This document shows, piece after piece, positions 27,500 to 42,150 of a DNA stretch of 64,000 nucleotides. This DNA is from the human T2T-CHM13v2.0 reference genome, Homo sapiens, in NCBI RefSeq assembly GCF_009914755.1, contig NC_060925.1. One strand, written 5' to 3'. The notes beneath the pieces were generated by a model. The model saw only the letters and a program-made list of their open reading frames with translations, had not been told where the DNA came from and made no database searches. The stretch's first letter is position 1; each line of letters opens with the position of its first letter. The translations under genes and the position numbers were made by a program.

Positions 27500-28870
27500 A
27501 CCATATTAACTCACATGATCAACATATATTTTAAAATATCAAAAATAAAACATGGTAACCATAGATAATCATCACTATTTTAAATTGCTGTGAACATTGT
27601 GGCCAATGTAATGAGGCTTGAAATAAAAATAAGAGGAATGACTGTGTATGTAAAAGGAGAGGATATATTATTTGTAGAGGGTCAAAATTCTACTTAGAAA
27701 CCCCAAGAAATGACTTCTAGTGAAGATTGTGCTGTAATTGAAAAACCAAGCCAAAGGATGGAAGAGATATTGACAATACATATAACTGAGAAAAGACTCA
27801 TATTCAGAATTTGCAAAGACCTCCCACAAATCCATAAGAAAAGACATATCACCCAATACAAAAATGGGCAAAATTTGTGTTTCAATTAAAAAGAGGAAAA
27901 TGGTCAATAATCCTCTGAAAAAATGCTCAACTTCACTGGTTTTCACAAAGAAAGGGGTGTGCAAACTATGGCCTGCAGGCCAAATCTAACCCACAAGTTG
28001 TTTTGGCAGAGCCAGAGAGCAAGGAACGTGTTTTTACATTCTTGAATGGTTGGTTGAAAAACACACAACAACAAACCCAAAGAAACTCAAAGAACAAACC
28101 TGGCCCTTAACAAAAAAAGCCTGTTGTAAAAGCATATTAAAACAAAATAAGAGATCACTCCACACCCTTCAGATTGACAAATAAAAGTCTTATTGTACCT
28201 CATGCAGGGTTTGATATGGAAGGAGAGCTTGCTCAGATAGCTATCTGGAGGGTGCTTGCATTGGTACAAAGACTGCAGAGAGCAAGTTGGCAATATTTAA
28301 TAATGTGGAAGGTGAGCATACCCACATACGTCTTAAAGAAACTCTTGCACATTTGCATAAGGCCACACATGTGGGAATGGAAGCACTGTCAATAGCAAAG
28401 GCCTATCAGAAGAAAAATGGATAAACACATTGTTGCATATTCACACAATCAAATGCAATACAACTATGAAAATCACTAAAAGAGAACCACTATATCAACA
28501 TGAATAAATATTACAGTATTTTATTGAGAAAAACTGCAAATAATATATATGCAATAATATAATTTCATAATATTTTAAAACATAATAATCAGATAGTTTT
28601 TACTAACATGTAAGTAATATGTATAAACCCATAAAAGGGAGGGCTATGAGCCTAGAAAGTAACTTTGGGCTCATAGACATCTCTGAGAAAAAAGGAGAAG
28701 GGACTACTGTTAGGGAGGGGTATGCAGACTTTTCAAATATGTCAATAACGTTTCATCTATGGTTTTATTTAAAAAAAGCATTAGAGGCAAATACGGAAAA
28801 AAGTTAAGACTTGCTAAAGTTTGCTGGCAAGCATAATGGTGTTAATTATATCATTTTTTTCTATGTTTGC
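27500..28870 (+). mobile_element. Old L1 (L1ME) fragments, interrupted by MER58B
   Basis: 'caagccaaaggatggaagagatatt', 'aaaatgggcaaa', 'aaaatgctcaacttcact'. Confidence 0.65.
27953..28127 (+). mobile_element. MER58B hAT MITE, internally deleted
   Basis: 'gcaaactatggcctgcaggccaaatc...tttttacattcttgaatggtt' and 3' end 'ctggcccttaacaaaaaaag'. Confidence 0.65.
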
Positions 28871-28939
28871 AAAGAAAATGCAAGAAAATCACTGGATAAA
28901 AGTGTAATTAAGAAAGAACTTCAGTGGAGTCACTGAATA

Positions 28940-30450
28940 CCAAGTAAATACATTAATATTAATATGGTTTTTTTTGGTATGCCATTGAAAATCAACTAAA
29001 TGGTTACAAGGAGAAAAGATGCTATTCTCAATAAGGATAAAAATATAAGGCAACAAGGGATACATATTTCCTGAAATAGATAAGATATATATTAAAAAGC
29101 TGTGAAACTTTACTGAGAAATATAAAAGAAGTTCTAAATAAATGGATGGATTTATTGTATACCCCAGTATGAAATGTGAATATTTAAAACATATTTTAAT
29201 GCAATTCTATTGAAATTTTTGAGGTAAAACAACTAAATCAGTCTGAAAATAGCTGAGAAAACATGAATAGATAAGCATAGCCAAGAATACTTTAGAAAGT
29301 GACATAATGAGGGTGTTTGCTTTAGTTATTAAAACATACTGTAAAGCTATAATAATTAAAACTGTAATGCAATTGCAGAAGGTGATAAATAATTCAGTGA
29401 AAAGGGACAACATCGTACTAGAAGTATGTGTGTGTGTATAAATATATACACATATGTATGTACGTATGTGTGTATATATACATACGTTGTGTACAGATGT
29501 ACAATTATATGAATATATGCATGTATATATGTACACATATTCACACATATTTATATATATATCTGTATATAAATTACATACATATATACACTTAATATAT
29601 ATTAATCATAAATGGAGAAGTGTGGTTTGTTTTATTTAGTCTCTTTGGGAAAGCAAAGTTTTTACTTCTTATGCCAAATATTTTCTTAGAAAAATTAAAA
29701 TGCTAATTTTAACATGTAAACCAATTTAGAAATCTTTATTTAAAAATAGAGTTTCATTATCTAGTCTATGGCTGAGGAAATACATTCTAGGTTTAAAAGC
29801 TATGGGAAAAACATATAGAACAAAATTTATTTATATATTTAAAAAATCATTAATAACGTTAAAAGTCAATTGACAGAATAGGAGACGATATATGACGGGT
29901 TGATATCTTTAATGTATAAAGAGCATATGCAAGTGAACAATAAATATTCTAAGATGCTATTGAAAAATGGACAAAGAACATGAACAGACATTTCACATAA
30001 AAAGGAAGTACTAACGGTTAGTGAAACTTGCCATGTTTAATCTAACTAGCAAAGGATTAAATGATAATTAAAAGCATACCATGTAACATCTCTAAAGGTG
30101 ATATGTGAGAAAGAGTTCAGCAAAGTGGATGTTCTCACATGGTGTTGATAATCTTGTAGGCAGGTACAACCTTTCTGAAAAACAATTTGGCAATAGGTAT
30201 CAAGAGCTTTAAAAATATTTCTATCTTTTCATCCAATGATTTTATTTTAAGAAATTCTAATCATAAAATATTTTTCTAGAAACATATTTATCTAGGCACA
30301 TAGAAATAATATTAGATATACCCTAATATCCAGTAATAGTAGAAGTATTAAATTGAGAATATTCATTCACTGGAATATTACATGACCATCAAAATGATGT
30401 TTTCAGTGAATTGCTAATGATTTCAGGAAATTTTCATTATCAAAGTAAAT
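28940..30450 (+). mobile_element. Old L1M ORF2/3' fragments
   Basis: 'aaaacatactgtaaagctataataattaaaactgta', 'aaaaatggacaaagaacatgaacagacatttcac'. Confidence 0.75.
29424..29602. repeat. Degenerate (TA/TG/CA) microsatellite inside L1
   Basis: Direct reading. Confidence 0.8.
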
Positions 30451-30452
30451 TA

Positions 30453-31117
<665 letters not shown>

Positions 31118-32323
31118 TTTCTAGTATAAAAGTAAATTTCACAAAATGTCACATTTTATATACAATATGGTAATAATTATATATACCTACATACACACAT
31201 AGGCATATGTGATGGGAAAAATGTTTCAAAAATTAATAGTAGTTAGCTTCAGGTTGTGAGATTATGGATGACTATTTTATTTCTTTTTATTTTTCTGTAT
31301 TTTCTAATTTTTAAAGCACTTACATTAATTTCATAATCATATATTAAGTCAACAACTTTCATTAATTTATTCATTCAACAATTAATTATCTATTAATGTT
31401 TAATTGACAAACACTTATAAAGTTCTTACCATATGCCAAGCAAAGAAACACATTGTGAAAATAAAGGTCTATTGAGCTGATGTGTTGGCTCTCAATAAAA
31501 GTTGTTTAAAATTCTCACACTCAAAAAGAAATGGAATGAAATCAAGTGTATTTAATATTGCACCAACTGAACCATCAATGGAATTGAAACATAAACGTAT
31601 CTGTTTTCAGGAATGAGAAGATTTGTCTTTCTGGGTGTGGAAGTGATTCGAAAGGTCAGAAAGTCTGTAGAAATAGCTGACCCTTATAAGAGATTAGATC
31701 TAAGACTTCATCAATTTTTATATTCAATGAGGTGTCTCAAAATTTAGTTCGCATTTTCCATCTCCAGAGACTTGTTTGTCTCTTATGTAGTGAAGGTACC
31801 TGGTAATGAGCTTGTAGTTTAGAGCTGATTTGAAATGGAATTTTTATAGAACCAATTTTTTGGTTGCTTAAAGTTAATTGCTTTGTACCTAATTTAGGTC
31901 CCACAGGGAGTAATTTTGATCTCCCCCAGCAAACTTTATCTTAAACGAGGCTGATCTATAATCCTATTACATATGTCTGGGTGTCTATCAGTAAATACCA
32001 TGGGTTACATTAAGTTTCTAAAAGATACTGTGTGGCTTTAACACCCTCCAAGGACTTTACTTTTAGCAAAGAAGTAAGTTGTTTTCCTGGAGCCAGGTCA
32101 CTCCACTGTACCAAATAAAAGTTATGGGAAAATGGTGAGGTTTGTATTACCTTTTCTTGCCCAAGCAATAGATCACAGTTGCCTGGCAACCTGCAAGAAA
32201 TACGATGCTCTAAAGGGAATGAATGAAACAGAGGAAGACATGAAACACTGCAATAAGAACGGAAGGGCATCAGGACTGCAATAATCAGAAAGAATGCAGG
32301 TATTGCCGTGTGCCAGTGTACAG

Positions 32324-32510
32324 CAGGGGTTCTCAAATTGTGGTCCTTGGACCAGCAGCATTAGCCTGACCTGTGAACTTTTTAGAAATGCAAATTCTTG
32401 GGCCCATCTAACATCTACTGAATTAGAAACTCTGGGAGTGGAGCCCAGCAATCTGTGTAGTAGCAAGGCCTCCAGTTGATTCAGATATACACTGAAGTTT
32501 GAGAAAGCTA
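32324..32510 (+). mobile_element. MER5A hAT MITE
   Basis: 'ggttctcaaattgtggtcc..ggaccagcagcat...tagaaatgcaaattc'. Confidence 0.88.
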
Positions 32511-33397
32511 AGCCAGAATAATCAAATTTGGCTGAAATAGAATCATGAGGTGAGTATGGTATCAGATTTTATCTGAGATTTGGAGGCAGAGAGAGAGAGA
32601 CAACCCTGGGAAGTGGGCTGCTAACAGAAATTCATGCAAAAGGGCTTTAATAACCAGTTTTCATTTGGAAAAGGAGTGCAATTCCAAGTCAAGCCAAGTC
32701 AGGAACCAGAAGGTATAGGTAGGAAGATACACAAAAGTGTGGGACAAGTCACAGTTTTCCCCTTCCTGCCAGGTTTTTCCTGACATCTTTTGCCTGAAGA
32801 CACATTAAAGTTACTTGAGGTCTCTAACACAGGAAGAAACTCATTGATGATGGAGCCTAAAGGAAACAACCCTTTCATTCATCTAATATCACTTGTGAGA
32901 CAACGCATTGAAAGCTAATCAAACTGAGCTCATAGGGTATAAATAGGTAAGCCCTGGGTAGCACGTAAGGGGAACAAAAAAACCTTTCAGGAAAACTTGA
33001 TGACTCTTTGACACCATTCCAATTTTGGTGGACAATGGAGGTTTCATTAGTGTGAATGGAATAGATCGTTAACAAAGCATTTGATGCCTCTCTCAGTAGA
33101 TCTTATTATAGCAGCAGAGAGTTATTTGACAAAGAAAACTATGCCAAGGATACCAAATTACTTTATAGAATCTAGAGTACATGAAGAAGATAAAATGTAA
33201 CTGTGAGGGCTTGTGACAAATAAGTTTTCAGACAACTTGGCTTTAGCCATGGATTCCAGTGATCAGAGCAGCCTCCAAAAATAACTTAAATATTAATTGT
33301 TTATTGATTAAATATTTAACAGAATTGGATCATCATTTGGTCTCTGGCCCAGCATATCAGTGGTAGGAGTTAATCAAAAGGATCATTTGCCCCAGAA

Positions 33398-33587
33398 GAG
33401 TGGCTTTCAAATTTAGCATGCATTGGAATCCCCCTGGAGGGCTTGTTAACACAGATTATTGAACTCTACCCCGAGAGTTTCTGATTCAGTAGGTCTTGGG
33501 TTGGCTTGAGAATTTGCATTTCTAGCAAACTTTCAGGTGATGCTGATGCTGCTGGTCCAGGGACCACGCTTTGAGTGAGAACCACGG
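33398..33587 (-). mobile_element. MER5A hAT MITE
   Basis: 'gagaatttgcatttcta...tgatgctgatgctgctggtccagggaccac'. Confidence 0.88.
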
Positions 33588-35567
33588 GACGAGAGAAACC
33601 ACTGAAGAGCAGAGATTCATTTTGAAGACTACACCATAGGAAGGAGGCAGAAAGTAGAAAGAAGCACTCCACTGCATAAAGCTGAAACTGGCATCCAGGA
33701 ATGAGAGATACCAGGCAAGCTTTGGATGATTACAGGAAATAACTTCTCAAAGGTAAAAAATGAAGTCAGATCTCCTTACACCTATAGTAGCTTTTTTAAA
33801 GTTCCCATTTCATCAAGAATCAAGACAAGGATCATAAAGGAAATTGTCTTTGAGGCTGCATGCCCTACCTGATTGCTCTTGAACTGGAACTCAGCCAGCC
33901 TAGTTGCTTATTTCCAAGGTTAGCCATAAACTGTGCAGATGTGTGAGAAATTGCCCACTACTGAAGATGACTCTTGTGAATAGTCTCTGGTGTGTGGCTG
34001 CAAGGGAAGGGTTTTCTTTTCCCAAGATGTTTGTCTTTTCCCAAGTTCTCCACCACTTATCCACAGATGCTACTTGTGACACATACAGTTAGCCTCTGAA
34101 CTGAGATACAGAGCATCGATGTCACCTTCTCCTCAAAAACTTTGGCACATCTTAGTTATCTCTGTGGTCTCAGGATGGAGCATTAGGTGCCACCTGAATG
34201 CTGGAGAAAGCTTCCTCACTGAAAAGGATTTGAGAGCAGAGAAAAGCGCTCATTTGTCAGGCTTCTGTGGAACTTGATTTTCTGTGCCTGATTGTCACTA
34301 CGTCACTCTGCTCTGAGTCAGTCATCAGGAGTCCCCTGACTGCCCAGTGCCCAGTGATGGGCAGCTTTGACTTGCACTGAGTAGAGGATGGAAGGGAGGT
34401 GACCCACAGAGGTTGACTGTTTACCCAGTCTCCATCATGGGGATTTTCTTGGCCACACTCTGCTAAAACTGACTCATGAAGAAGACAGCAAGCCAACAGT
34501 TCATGGGAGGTAGAACTGTTTCTATTGTTCACATGTCATTTGGCTCAGCTGAATCATCTCCTCCACAACTCAGAAAGGAAGGTGCTTCCATCAACACCTT
34601 CTTCATTTGGGGGAAGGGATGGAGTGGGAATTTTCAGGACCTACCTCATTCCTATACCTTTCCCACTCCAAAGAGAGAAGAATGACTTTGGTTATCAGAC
34701 ACACTGGCTATTCCTCTACTGGGCAGGGTAAAAACTCAAGGTCACTCACTTCTCCTACATGCTCCCCCATTTCCTGATTCTTCTTGAACTAGCCTTTATT
34801 TCAGAGCAATGGGTCAGTCTCTGTGGGTCAACCCCTTGGTGGGACCACCTCAGAGCAGGGAGGACTGATCTCCAGCTTCTCAGCCTGGGACTGGGTGGAT
34901 AAGTCCACCTTGTAGGGAAGACTTGGCTCTCTATAATTCTGAGTGGGAGGTCAGAAACCCAGCTATATTCTCTAGTCTTCTAATTGTTACAGAAAGTCAA
35001 ACAGAACTAATGTTGCAATCCTCATTTAACAATATGTGTATCTTTTATCAACCAGAATCCTCAAGGAGAAGCAAGGTGGGCATTAGGATCTGGGACCAGC
35101 CCTCCTCCCCAGCAACTCCCTCACTCTCAATTCCCAAGAAGTTCTGAGGCTGACACTTTCCCATACATTCTTCTCTTGTGCCAGGATTTATCAGGAGGTG
35201 TGGAGGTTTGTTGGGAGCAGGACAGTGTAGGCAGGAAAGGGACTGAGACTTGGCACTAGACATGCCCTTCAGAGTGGGACAGGCCAAGCTAACAGGAGAG
35301 GTTGGAGAAGGCACAGGTGCAAGGAGTTCAGCCTTCCACATAGCGATTCAGCTAAGTAGCTGGCACCAGGTGCTCCAAGTGGAATTGCAAATTATGCCAA
35401 AACATGAGCAGGGCCCACTGAAAATTGGGGGCAGGTAATTTTTGGAATTCAGGGCAGGGTGCCAGCCTCTGGCAGATTTGTTCCCCAGAAATCCAGACCC
35501 CAACACTAAACTAAGATACAGAGCTAAAGACTCCCCTGATCTTAACCTCAGATAAGGAGAGAGGTAC

Positions 35568-36315
35568 TGATATGGACAAGAGACAGGGAAATACTGGGTA
35601 GAAGAAGGCAGTTCCCTGGCAAAGGCCCCACCCTCAAGCCTGGAAACCCATGGCCCTAAATAGAAACAGGCATTTCTCTTTTTGCACCCAAATGTTGCCT
35701 TCTGGCCCACCATGCCCCACTATCTCATACCCATATAAACCCCAAATCCCATGCTCCACAAGTAGATGAGCAGAGGCAGAAAAGTGGGCCTGGCAGAGAA
35801 GGAGAGAAAAGAAGGAATATCTGAACATCAAGAGGAGTTCATCTGGGGATGGTTGGAGAGGAGACTGGCTGCAGGACAGCCAAACTCCAGGTGAAGATCA
35901 TTCTTCCTACTTCATCCCCTCTTCAGCTCCCCATCCCTCCAGCTGAGAGCCATCTCCATCTGACAACAAAGTCCCCTGCATTTGCCAACCTTCAATTCGT
36001 CCATGTGACCTAATTCGTCCTGGATACTGAACAAGGACTCAGGTACCAAGAGGGCACTGAGCTGGTTAACACTTAAGCCATCTGCAGACAGCAGAGCTAA
36101 AAGAGCACTGTAACACACCCACCTGGGCTTTGGGAGTTGCAGGCACCCACCCCTAGATGCTACCATGGAGCCTGAGCCCAAAAGTGCTTGTCCTGGCTCT
36201 TGCACCTGCCCGTCTGCATGCTCCCACTCCTATAAGGGAGGTAAGGCAGCTGAACAGACAAGCCACACCCCTGTTGCATGTTCTGTGAGGGGGGTCAGGG
36301 AACTCTCCCATTTCA
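35568..36315 (+). mobile_element. MER50-type ERV1 solo LTR
   Basis: TG...CA termini; 'tgatatggacaagagacagggaaatactgggtagaag' to 'ggggtcagggaactctcccatttca'; TATA-like catataaa. Confidence 0.8.
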
Positions 36316-36388
36316 GGAAAATCAAGAGCAAGACAAGATGGTTGAACCAAGGATGAGATGAGAACCAAGGTCGAAAAGTGCAACTCAT

Positions 36389-36668
<280 letters not shown>

Positions 36669-36820
36669 GAAGGAAAGAAAGAAAGAAGAAAGAAAGAGAA
36701 AGAAAGAAAAGAAAGAAAGAAAGAAAGAAAGGAAGAAAGAAAGAAAGAAGGAAGGAAGGAAGGAAAAAGGAAAAGAAAGAAAGAGAGAGAGAGAAAGAAA
36801 GAGAAAGAAAGAAAGAAGGA

Positions 36821-36888
<68 letters not shown>

Positions 36889-36941
36889 AAAGAGAGGGAG
36901 GGAGGGAGGAAGGAAGAAAGAGAGAAAGAAAGAAGGAAAAG
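36669..36941. repeat. Complex (GAAA)n/(GGAA)n/(GA)n purine-only STR
   Basis: 273 consecutive purines on the + strand. Confidence 0.97.
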
Positions 36942-38119
36942 TGCAACACTCTTCAGTGTTTCCCAGGAAGAAGTTTGGGTATAGGAGTTTTGTAATTACA
37001 GTGGGAATGTTATTCGACTAGAGAGTTGCAACCCAGGGGTGGGGGCGGAAGCCCACTGAGGACCCCTAGGCCAAATCAAGAGTGAGGGTGACTCAGGTGA
37101 CACACAGGGAGCCCAGTGGTCAGCTGGTTCAACCTAATCTGGAGAATGACTCAACACCAGGATGCCACTGCTGTTGGGGGAGGAGGAGGAAGTGCTAAAC
37201 CCGCTTCAATATTTCCTGTCTTAAGCCCACATTGTTCTGGGGATTGAGATCTGAAGTTGAGGGGTTGGGGGTCAGTGAATCTGGCTATAGACATTGTAGA
37301 TCTGCAGATGGAGGGCATGAAACAGGCTGAAACTGCTGCAATATGTACTCACCCTGAGGGCCTGAGGACCTAGATGATCATCTTAATTTAGATTGCTCCT
37401 TGGCCCACACAGACATGATAGTGCCTGCAGACAGTGGCTCTGGCACTGGCACCCATGGTAGCAGTTGGCCTCATTGTGATGGGAAAGCCTCCAGCTCCCT
37501 CCAAGATGCAGTTAGGGTTTCTGGTCTCATTCTTGGAAGAGTTTTGTTGGATGAATTAAACTGGAATCATCTTCCTTTCCCAGGAAACTGTTGTCTCTTT
37601 TGTCTGCTCTGCCTCTGGGTGAAATCTGTAGTCCTTACTTGCTGCTATTTTCTACCATCCTAATAATAGCTCATTGTTAGGCAGACATGACGCAAATACA
37701 TTTCTCACTATCTTGGGAGATTTGGGGGGGGGGTCTTACCTTCTTATTTAAGTTCTTTGTTTAATTATTTAATTCTTTTCTTTTCTTTTTTTTTTTTTTT
37801 TAGTTTGTTCTCTTTGTTTGCCCTTAGTTGGTAAAGAAGACAAGTTGTTGATGAAGGAAACTGGCAAAATATCAGTACATCTTGAGTTCTTTGGTGATCT
37901 GCCTTTTCCAGAATCTTCTGATCTGTCCCTACACCTGCACAAAAAGTGCTTCATGCAATGAAACAGTCCTTACTGGGTGTCATAAGTGAGCTTACTAAAT
38001 TTGGTGTGTGCCATCAATAACCCCTCACCTTTCCATTTGGGGTAGCATCTACCATCACCTCTTTTTTTTTTTTTTTAACTATCTTGTCTTGCCCTAGAAC
38101 AGGTAGGAACATCTTATAT

Positions 38120-38207
38120 TCAACAGTTTATCTTCATAGGTGCAGAACAAAGACAGAGATAGAAGTCATCCCTCTGCTCACCTGAGACAAATGCATATTT
38201 GACTTGC
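38120..38207 (+). repeat. Isolated ~85-bp copy of an internal segment of the downstream MER4-family LTR
   Basis: Aligns with 38903-38989 with roughly 6-7 differences. Confidence 0.85.
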
Positions 38208-38663
38208 ATTCAGAATCAGGCACATCCACCCCTGACCCTCTGCTGGGAGCATTTTTTATTTAAGATGTTTTTGGTTCATCTCTTGAACCTCCTCTCTACC
38301 TCCATTTATCCCTGAGTCCCACTCATACCCCTCTTCTTTATTACTCCCTAGAAAGGAAGTAGAAAGGCAAAAGACTTTTGTCACTGAGTCACTGAAAGAA
38401 AGAAACTTGATAATCTGGGAATTGAGGGAAGCCAAGGAAACACATCCTCAACCCTTAAGGTGAAGCTCCCAGTAGTCACCATTCCAAGAATGTGGGACCT
38501 CAAACTCAAGCACCTTTCTTGAGATAGAGTTAATAATGAAATCTGTGATTGGGAATGCATGTGTTTCTTTGTCTATCTCAACATTTTTTCAAGACCATTT
38601 TTGTAGCCATCCACAGCTGTTTTGCAGGTACAAAGAAAGGGGTCCTACTTCCCAGGCTATGGC

Positions 38664-39351
38664 TGTGAAAAGAAGATAAAATTTCAGGACCCCAAACTCA
38701 CTATGCCAAAGGGGAAAAAAAAAGCTTGAGTCACCCAAAACTGCCTTTCATTTTGTTCCTAAATAGATAGCTACAAAGGTAGAAGGTTACAGGCCTCCCC
38801 AGGGGCCCTCCCTCACAATTCACTCACAAGAAAATTCTCTGTGCACCCCAAGATCTTTACCCTAAAACAGAGTTCTGTTGAATTTCACCCTGATAATGTA
38901 AATCAACAGCTTATCTTCATAGGTACAGAACAAAGACAGGATTAGAAGTCATCCCTCTGCTCACCTGAGACAAATACATATTTGAATGCTTCCTTTACTC
39001 TATGTTTACTTTATTTTACCTAAAAATGCAGATTCATTGAGCTGGAGCCAATGCATAGTTGACTATTCCTCTGTCCCCTCTTTTCACATTTAAAATGTGG
39101 ATTCAGTGAACACGGATCTAGCTTCAAAAGAATGCCATTGCTTGCCTCTTTTATGTATTCTTCCCTTTTTATTTTTTCTTTCCTCTTTCCCCAACTGCTT
39201 ACTCTTTCCCCTTTAAACGTTGAAGACCCCAAACCCTCTTTGGAAAAAGCACAAATCACAGGTGTTCCTTTTTCCTGGGTGCGTCCTCAACCTTGGCAGA
39301 ATAAATCTCTAGATTGATTGAGTCACCTCAGCCATTTTCTTTGGTTTCACA
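38664..39351 (+). mobile_element. MER4-family ERV1 solo LTR
   Basis: tgtgaaa...ttcaca termini; 'ggaccccaaactcact', 'agtcatccctctgctcacctgagacaaat'; AATAAA near 39300; 4-bp TSD tggc. Confidence 0.88.
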
Positions 39352-39559
39352 TGGCCAAAGCCTACCTTCCCTCTGTGGCCTTCCTTTGGTCATTAAGGAT
39401 ATTCTTTCTGCCATCAGGTAGGCAGGTGGTGCTACCTCAACCAGTGCCCATCTTCACATGGGCACCTCTGCACCTTACTCTGAGATGTGGTTGCCACTAA
39501 GCAAATAGGTATCCATTTGACTTTCAACTCTTTTTTTTAAATTAACATTGGCATTTTTA

Positions 39560-39825
39560 ATTTGCTTTTTTCATTGACAAATAAAAAACAATATACATGT
39601 ATGGGGTACAACATATATACATTATAGAACGGGGAAATGAAGCTAATTAACATACATTTTACCTCACACACATCATTTCCTGTGGCAAAAACACTTAAAA
39701 CCTACTCAGTAATTTTCAAGTACACAATACATTGTGGTTAGCCACCATGTTGTACAATAGATCTCTTAAACTTATTCCTCCTATCTGGAATTCAGTATCC
39801 TTTAAACAATAGCTCCCTAATTCTC
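39560..39825 (-). mobile_element. L1MA-type 3' end
   Basis: 'ggggtacaaca', 'aagctaattaacata', 'tgtacaatagatctctt..acttattcctcct'. Confidence 0.8.
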
Positions 39826-40023
39826 CCTAATTTTCAACCTCCTTTGTTCACAATGTCTTCAATTCTTCCTCCCAACCAGAAGGCTCTCCCCTCTCCATCC
39901 CTACAATCCAAATTCTCTGTATGATTCAGGGTTCAAAAGAGGTTCCAATCGTGCCGTGAGACTCCTCCCCCCACTCTGGTTCTTGCTGGTAGCTGTTTTA
40001 ATTCTGTTCTCTAGCACTTGTTA

Positions 40024-40183
40024 CAGTGATTCATATCCTGGATACGCATGTGAATCGCCTGTGGACTGTTTAAAAATGTAGACTCTGACTAGACAGACCT
40101 AATCAGAATCTCTGTGTGTGAACTGCAGGCATCTGTAGTTTTTACAAAGCTTCTAATGCACAGTGAGGGTATGAGAAAAACAG
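40024..40183. mobile_element. MER5-family MITE remnant
   Basis: 'aatcagaatctct...ggcatctgtagttttt..aaagct...tgagaa'. Confidence 0.55.
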
Positions 40184-41110
40184 ATAATATGTAAATGACT
40201 AATTTTAGTGTTTAACCATACCATGCCTGTTGCTACTTACCTGTCTTTTGAATATGTGCTTTTAACTTCTAGAAGACAGAAACCATATATTACTTTTTTT
40301 TTTTTGGTACACTACCCTTTCTTCCTACACCTAACCCACTCTTAGATCCAGGGCTGAGATGTTTCAATGAATATTTTGATATACATTTCTGCACATAGTA
40401 AAATCACCGAAGGGTTCAACAAACATTTTTGAATTATTTCACTGTGCCAGGCACTGGATCTAGGAAGATGAAAGCAACATGAGTCCTTTTAGACTAGAAT
40501 CCATAGCTAACAGGTAAATGTTGTTGAGACTGTCATTTGGTTGTTGGGACACATATGGGGTCAAGAAAGCTTTGCTATGATTAAAATAATTGACTTTTGA
40601 AAGAGAATAGTGGAGGATGGAAGGAGCCTCTGGGTTTGCAAAGGATGAAGGTTTCAGAGTATTTTGAGGAGGTTCTACTATTTGTGCCATCATACATTCC
40701 ACACCTTCCTATGCTGTGCAACAAGCAGGGAGAGGTTGTAAACCGAATACCTGCACATCTCCCTCCAAATGGCCACTCACTGGAAAAATAATCTATGGCT
40801 TTCCTGCTAAAGGAACATAGCGGGTGCATGAGGCTTATAAGAGAGAGCACATGCTATGGCATAAACATGGGCTGCATTCAGGTGTCCGTGGATGGTGTGT
40901 GTGCAAGTTCAGCTCTGCAGCTTTCTGCAGGCTGCTGGTATCTCCTTGTCCCATCCCTCAGCTCCTAGGGCTGCCCAGGCAATATTGGGAAAATCATGTG
41001 GGGCTTCTCTTAGGTGTCCCACTCTGTCCTTCCCATATCCATCTCCCCTGGAGTATTTTCTCCTTTTATTGCCAGATATCCCCAAAATCTCTCTTCTGTT
41101 TAGCAAAAAC

Positions 41111-41389
41111 TTTGTTGTGTGTGTGTGAGTTGGAGTCTTGTTCTGTCACTCAGGCTGCAGTGCAGTTTTGCAATTATAACTCACTGCAGCCTCAAGCTCT
41201 TGGGCTCAAGGGATCCTCCCATCTCAGCCTCCCTAGTAGCTAGGACTATGGGCACCCACCACCACGCCCAGCTACTTTTTAAACATTTTTAGAGATGAGG
41301 TCTCACTATGTTGCCCAGGCTGGTCCCAAACTCCTAGCCTTGGCTTCCCAAAATGCTGTTATTAGAGGCATGAGCCACCGTGCCCAGCC
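41111..41389 (-). mobile_element. AluJ
   Basis: 'gggctcaagggatcctccc', 'ggtctcactatgttgcccagg'; tail degraded to (TG)n. Confidence 0.88.
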
Positions 41390-42014
41390 CTAAAATCAAT
41401 TCTTGAGAATGGACAGTATAACTAAATTTACAGAAAGGTGTACTTCACGGATAAAGCACTTGGATCTTACCCAATAAATAAGAAAAGTAACATTTATTGA
41501 GTTCCTAATGTGTGCCAGGGTCTACTATGTTGACGCATTATTAGCAAATTAAATAGGGAAGATGATTGGAGGGTTGGGGTCTCCTACACCTCAGCACCTG
41601 TGACACATAGATGATGGCTTCCTCTTCTTCCTCCTAAGATGAGCCTTGCCTGCTGCTTCGTGAAGGACTACACACTTAGTCTTGATTTCAGATCCCCTTC
41701 TGGGCAGATCTCAGAACCTCTCTGTGTTTGCTTTTTTCCTACGAGCAACTAGTTCCTTTTGTTCCCAACTCCTTTTCCAAGAGGCACAAAGTTACTTTCT
41801 AAACTAGGCCACTGGTTTAAATAGTAACCCCTAGGAAAGAAGAGTTTCCAATGAGTGCTGCCATCTTGACAAACGGCCTTGATTCCAATGCATCCTTCTA
41901 CCTATGATCTGCATACATGCAATATCAATCTTAATTTACATGTGATTTCAATCTGTATGCAATATTACTTTGTATATGTAACATCACCCTTTTACATGCA
42001 ATGTGGCAGCAATC

Positions 42015-42150
42015 CATTTACTCTAAGGGATCATAATGGTTCCTACCTGATAGTGTTGTAGTGAAGATTTAGTGAAATAATACAGGTAATGAACCTACAA
42101 CAGGGCCCAGCATAGAGCAAGCACTCCACAAAGGTCCTCACTGTTGTCAT
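42015..42150 (+). mobile_element. MIR
   Basis: 'cctacctgatagtgttgtagtgaagatt..gtgaaataat'. Confidence 0.6.

Noticed and set aside
41850-41875. YY1/CTCF-like 'ctgccatcttg'
   Set aside because: Partial match, expected by chance in 64 kb
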